From an uncultured Gemmatimonadales bacterium (lineage in GTDB: Bacteria; Gemmatimonadota; Gemmatimonadetes; Gemmatimonadales; GWC2-71-9): 64,000 nt of DNA. Location: contig CAVOGR010000002.1 in the NCBI GenBank assembly GCA_963695555.1, forward strand, positions 160,001 to 224,000. The letters are read 5' to 3'. The position numbers were made by a program, and so were the translations under genes. Shown here in pieces: positions 60,099 to 64,000 of this stretch (the first letter of the stretch is position 1; the number at the start of each line of letters is the position of its first letter). Below the pieces are notes generated by a model that was not told the DNA's origin, did not search any database, and was given only the letters and a program-made list of their open reading frames with translations.

Positions 60099-60619
60099 TG
60101 TGCCATTTCGTCTACATGGCGACGCCCCTCACAGTAAGCGAGGTGCGATCCATGGTGCCGGTGGGACTGCGAGCGGATACGCTCCCGACGACCGACCAAC
60201 GCCCGTTCAAGGAACGCCACCTCGACGCCTACGTGGTGGTGCGGCTCCTGCGCGGGTCCTGCTCGTGCGATTTGGTGAAGGAGCGGAACCCTGATGGTCG
60301 CGCCGATGAGGCGGACCATCGACTCCGGTACCGGAAGATGGGCTGTTCGCGCGACCAAGTGATCCAGGCGCTCGATCGTCACCGCCGCGCGCTCGAGGAG
60401 CGCGCCCGTCCAGGGGGGCATTGGACGAAGGGCTTTGCCGATTTCGTGGCCGAGCACGCGCGGAACGCCGGGCCGACCCTCTACTACCGTCGGTTTTCAC
60501 CGGAGCCCTCGCCCCCGAGCTCGCTGCCGGACACCATAGCACGGATCACGGCCGCCGAGGTGCGGGCGAACCCCGGAACGTGGCTACCGGAGGACTCGCC
60601 GGTGTTGGTTGTGGCCTGA
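60098..60619 (+). CDS. Hypothetical protein (N-terminal CH, internal CSC)
   Basis: GTG start overlaps the previous stop; converges 2 bp from the next gene's stop. Confidence 0.68.
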   Translation: MCHFVYMATPLTVSEVRSMVPVGLRADTLPTTDQRPFKERHLDAYVVVRLLRGSCSCDLVKERNPDGRADEADHRLRYRKMGCSRDQVIQALDRHRRALEERARPGGHWTKGFADFVAEHARNAGPTLYYRRFSPEPSPPSSLPDTIARITAAEVRANPGTWLPEDSPVLVVA

Positions 60620-60621
60620 GG

Positions 60622-61317
60622 TCATCCCCCGAAAAACCAGCGAATCACAAATTGGCCGTTGGTCTGGATCACGCTGGCGTCGAATTCGGGCGCCGGGACG
60701 GGAACAGGTGGCGGTGTTGGTAGCGGTTCGATCGAGGATTCGACATTCCCTGCCATGAGATATTGGATTTGTATCTCGCCTCCCATGCTGAACCGAGGGG
60801 CGAAGAAATATTCACCACCTGCAACGGCGCTCAGGACTTTGTCCGTCCGATTGGCCTTGCGTTTGGTCGGCGGGGACGGCGAGAACGCAGTCAGCTGGCT
60901 CTCCGATAAGCGGTTGAAGGCGATACTCGGCCCGACATAGGTTTGGACCTTTTCGGCCAGGGGAAAGAGGTAGTGGAGGGCAACGCCCGCGCTCCATTGG
61001 GTGAGATTTTGCTCGAACCGACTGACGGCGTCGTAGACGTCCTCCGAGAAATGCCAGTAGCCAAGAGCCGGCTGGAGCCGGATCCTCGAGGACACCCGAA
61101 TAGGCACCAGGATCATTCCGGTCCTGCCGTCCGCTTCAAACCCGAAGACCGACGTGACAGCGGTGGGGGCGGCATCGAGCGCAATGCCCAATCCGATGGT
61201 TCCCGACCCCCGTTCCTGGGCAGACAGCGGGGTGAGGAGAATCGTACCGAGCACGAGACCGAGCCATTGATTTCGTTGCACGAGCAAGCTCCGCGTGATG
61301 GGCAAAACCGAGAGCAA
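60622..61317 (-). CDS. Outer-membrane beta-barrel protein (start uncertain)
   Basis: Signal peptide ending LSAQ; GGEYFFAPRFSMGGE; C-terminal IRWFF. Confidence 0.78.
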   Translation of the reverse strand: MLSVLPITRSLLVQRNQWLGLVLGTILLTPLSAQERGSGTIGLGIALDAAPTAVTSVFGFEADGRTGMILVPIRVSSRIRLQPALGYWHFSEDVYDAVSRFEQNLTQWSAGVALHYLFPLAEKVQTYVGPSIAFNRLSESQLTAFSPSPPTKRKANRTDKVLSAVAGGEYFFAPRFSMGGEIQIQYLMAGNVESSIEPLPTPPPVPVPAPEFDASVIQTNGQFVIRWFFGG

Positions 61318-61379
61318 TGATAACCACGTCCGGCGAATGACCTAGTCCGCTTCTTCGGGAAGGCCGGATGAGGGGCACC

Positions 61380-61436
61380 TTGACCCATTCTATCTTCGGT
61401 ATATATTCGGTATTATTGTACCGAATAAATCCCGAA
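61380..61436 (+). promoter_or_regulatory. Promoter with symmetric operator (candidate SOS/LexA box)
   Basis: TTGACC (61380)-N16-TATATT (61402); TTCGG-N6-TTCGG-N10-CCGAA-N6-CCGAA at 61395-61436. Confidence 0.7.
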
Positions 61437-61448
61437 ATCGAGTGGTTT

Positions 61449-61652
61449 ATGTCTTTGCCTATCCCCTCGCCCCCAACGCCTTCCCGCCCCCGCTCTCGCT
61501 CTCGCTCCCAGCCGCGATGTCCACCGGCTGTTTCCGATAGCAATCCGCTCACCTTCCACCTAGTCCGGGTCTGCCCGGAGTGCGCCGGCCCTATCGTCCG
61601 CAATTCCGGATGTGTCACCTGCGTACAGTGCGGATGGGGAAGGTGTGGGTGA
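61449..61652 (+). CDS. Small Zn-ribbon protein
   Basis: CPECAGPIVRNSGCVTCVQCGWGRCG; its TGA overlaps the GTG of the next gene. Confidence 0.72.
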   Translation: MSLPIPSPPTPSRPRSRSRSQPRCPPAVSDSNPLTFHLVRVCPECAGPIVRNSGCVTCVQCGWGRCG

Positions 61653-62698
61653 CCCCTCAGCTCCCCCTCACCCCGGATTGGGCGGCGGCGGATACGGCGC
61701 CGTGGGCCACGCTTGTCGAACGGGAGCGCGGTGCCACGTTCGTGGCGTTGCCGATCCGTTCCGCACTCAATTCCCCCGCGGCAACGGGGATGGGGTTCTG
61801 GTCGCTCAATCCCTACATCGGATGCGAATTCGGGTGCACGTATTGCTACGCGCGGCGAGCACATCGGTATGTCGTGGAACGGGCACGTCGCGCCGGGCGC
61901 CTCGATGCCCAGGGATTGCTCGAGTTTCGCGGCCCCGAGAGTTGGGAGGCCTTCGAACGAAAGATTCTGATCAAACGCGAGATTGCCGACGTGTTAGCGC
62001 GCACGCTCGCTCCGGCCAAGATGGCCGGCCATACATTGGTGATTGGTACCGCTACCGACCCCTATCAACCCGCGGAGCAACGATTCGGGCTTACACGCCG
62101 GGTGCTCGAGGTGCTCCTCCGGCATCGGGGGCTTTCGATCGGTCTCATCACCAAGTCGCCTCTCGTCACGCGTGATCTCCACATGTTCCAGCAACTGAGC
62201 ACCCGGCATGACCTGAGCGTTAGTCTCTCGATTGCCATGCTCGACGCACGGCTGGCCCGAAGGCTCGAGCTTCGCTCTCCGGCACCGCGCGCGCGTCTCC
62301 GCGCACTCCAGGTGCTGGCCGCCGGAGGGGTCCACGCGGGGGTGTTCATTGCGCCCATCCTGCCAGGCATCACCGATCGGTGGGCTGGGCTGGCCGCGCT
62401 AATGACCGCGGCGAAGGAAGCTGGTGCCCGGTATGTGGTTGGGTCGGCGCTCCGACTCAATTCCGAAACCAGGCATCGCTTCCTTCCATTTTTGATGCGC
62501 GAATTTCCTGAATTGGCCGAACGCTACCATCGCTGCTACGACTCAGGAGCTTCCCCGCGTCCTTCCTATGCGGACGCCGTGATGCGGCGCTTCCGGGCCC
62601 TCCAGCAGATTCATGGCTTTCCCGTAGCCGACGAGCGGCAGCGGCAACCGCCCCTGGCGGCGGCATCACCGAGAGAACGCCAGGAGATGCTTCTGTAA
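61649..62698 (+). CDS. Radical SAM protein, SplB-like (PA0069/Rv2578c family)
   Basis: SLNPYIGCEFGCTYCYAR, GTATDPYQPAE, ITKSPLVTRD, APILPGITD. Confidence 0.9.
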   Translation: MTPQLPLTPDWAAADTAPWATLVERERGATFVALPIRSALNSPAATGMGFWSLNPYIGCEFGCTYCYARRAHRYVVERARRAGRLDAQGLLEFRGPESWEAFERKILIKREIADVLARTLAPAKMAGHTLVIGTATDPYQPAEQRFGLTRRVLEVLLRHRGLSIGLITKSPLVTRDLHMFQQLSTRHDLSVSLSIAMLDARLARRLELRSPAPRARLRALQVLAAGGVHAGVFIAPILPGITDRWAGLAALMTAAKEAGARYVVGSALRLNSETRHRFLPFLMREFPELAERYHRCYDSGASPRPSYADAVMRRFRALQQIHGFPVADERQRQPPLAAASPRERQEMLL

Positions 62699-62708
62699 TG
62701 GAGTCGGC

Positions 62709-63917
62709 ATGATCCGCTCGATCGTCTTCATCGATCCGCCCGCGTTTTACACGACGGTCGAAGAGCTCGTGGCACCGGCGCTGCGCGGACGGCCCGTGGC
62801 AGTGGCGCCGGCCGGTGCCGACCGCGCCGTCCTTCTTGCCGTTTCACCGGAGGCACGAGCGGCAGGGCTTACGCGTGAGACTCCGGTGCATCGCGCCCGC
62901 AAGATCTGCCCCGATCTCGTGCTCCTGCCTCCCAACCCTGCACTCTACGCTCGGGCCTCACGGGCGCTCACGCGCATTCTTCGCTTCTATGCGCCGACCA
63001 TCGAGCCACGCGGCTACGGACATGCGTTCCTCGACCTGACCGGAACGGGACGGCTATTCGGCCCAGCGGTAGACGTCGCCGAGCGCATCCGTCGTGAGGT
63101 ACGGCAGCGCCTGAGGCTCCCGCTGTCGATCGGGGTCGCCACCAACAAGCTGGTGAGCGAGGCCGCGGCGGCGGTCATTAAGGACGCAGGGCCCGCTCAG
63201 CAGGCCGGCGCCGGCCCGCTGCTCGATATTCCACGCGGGCAGGAAGCCGTGTTTCTCGCGCCCCATCCGGTGATCTTGCTGCCAAACGTTCCCTCGAAGA
63301 TCCGCACACGCCTCGATGAATATCGGCTCGAACTGATTGGTGAGGTCGCCGCTGTCCCCGAGCACCAACTCTGTATCGTCTTCGGCCGACACGGCAGCAC
63401 CTTGTCCACCAGCGCCCGTGGAATCGATCAGCGGCCGGTGCTTCCTCCGGAAGTGCGGCGGGAGTTTCTGGCCTCCCACAGGTTGACGACCGATACCAAT
63501 GACCTCGGTGTCATCCATCCGTTGCTCCGTCGATTGAGCGAGCGCATCGGGGGTCGGCTCAGGCATCGCCGGCTCGTCGCACGGCGCCTGAACGTCCAGT
63601 GCGTCTACGCCGACCACACCACGGCAGCGCGCACCGTCTCGCTCCGGATCGGAAACCTCGATGTCGAGTTGTGGGATGCCGCTCGTCGCGCATTGACCCA
63701 GGCGAACGTCAAGCGGATCGCCATACGGGAAATCCAACTGACGGCATATCATTTCCTGGAGGCCGATGTGCAGCTGGACCTCTGGCATCAGCCACCTCGG
63801 GCGCTCTCGGGCGGACGTGCCGTCCTACGGGAAGCCGGGCTCCAGAGCGCCATCGATCGAATCACGGGACGATGGGGGGCCAGGGGCATGCGGGTGGGAG
63901 TAGGGAGTAGGGAGTAG
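62709..63917 (+). CDS. Y-family polymerase homolog, catalytically degenerate (ImuB-like / inactive DinB)
   Basis: IDPPAFYTTVE (versus DMDAFYASVE), GYGHAFLD (versus SIDEAFLD), SIGVATNKLVS, ARGID, clamp-type motif QLDLW. Confidence 0.85.
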   Translation: MIRSIVFIDPPAFYTTVEELVAPALRGRPVAVAPAGADRAVLLAVSPEARAAGLTRETPVHRARKICPDLVLLPPNPALYARASRALTRILRFYAPTIEPRGYGHAFLDLTGTGRLFGPAVDVAERIRREVRQRLRLPLSIGVATNKLVSEAAAAVIKDAGPAQQAGAGPLLDIPRGQEAVFLAPHPVILLPNVPSKIRTRLDEYRLELIGEVAAVPEHQLCIVFGRHGSTLSTSARGIDQRPVLPPEVRREFLASHRLTTDTNDLGVIHPLLRRLSERIGGRLRHRRLVARRLNVQCVYADHTTAARTVSLRIGNLDVELWDAARRALTQANVKRIAIREIQLTAYHFLEADVQLDLWHQPPRALSGGRAVLREAGLQSAIDRITGRWGARGMRVGVGSRE

Positions 63918-63927
63918 GGAGTGGGGG
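63892..63927. repeat. Tandem heptamer (GGGAGTA)x3-4, G-rich
   Basis: GGGAGTA at 63896, 63903 and 63910, GGGAGTG at 63917; supplies the TAG stop of the Y-family gene. Confidence 0.85.
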
Positions 63928-64000
63928 AGGAACGCCGACATTGAGAGGGAGCTTCTGATCCATGGCCCAAACGTATTGCGAGGCTGCGCCCGGCCACCCC

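Noticed and set aside
62709..63917. Active DNA polymerase IV (dinB)
   Set aside because: The catalytic SIDE motif is replaced by GYGH and motif I is altered, so an inactive scaffold is more likely.

Overview
GC-rich bacterial chromosomal window. Gene content and style suggest Gemmatimonadota, but this is inference only. I see about 60 CDS and no rRNA, tRNA, CRISPR array, transposase or phage genes. Main blocks: (1) a complete 4-hydroxyproline catabolic operon headed by an XRE-cupin regulator; (2) a membrane Ser/Thr kinase flanked by a diverged direct repeat; (3) many amidohydrolase/peptidase genes (D-aminoacylase, M20, deacetylase, penicillin acylase, serine hydrolase, PepP, D-Ala-D-Ala dipeptidase); (4) a MacAB-type exporter and two OmpA proteins; (5) a response regulator-HEAT-GT2 polysaccharide module; (6) tesA-ybbAP, fabI and a caa3 oxidase operon; (7) at the right end, a probable SOS mutagenesis cassette (Zn-ribbon microprotein, SplB/PA0069-like radical SAM, catalytically dead Y-family ImuB-like protein) behind a highly symmetric TTCGG-N6-TTCGG operator that may be an undescribed LexA box. 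Three genes carry single-base frameshifts (four in total) that look like sequencing errors. All family calls come from motif recognition by eye; no database searches were run.
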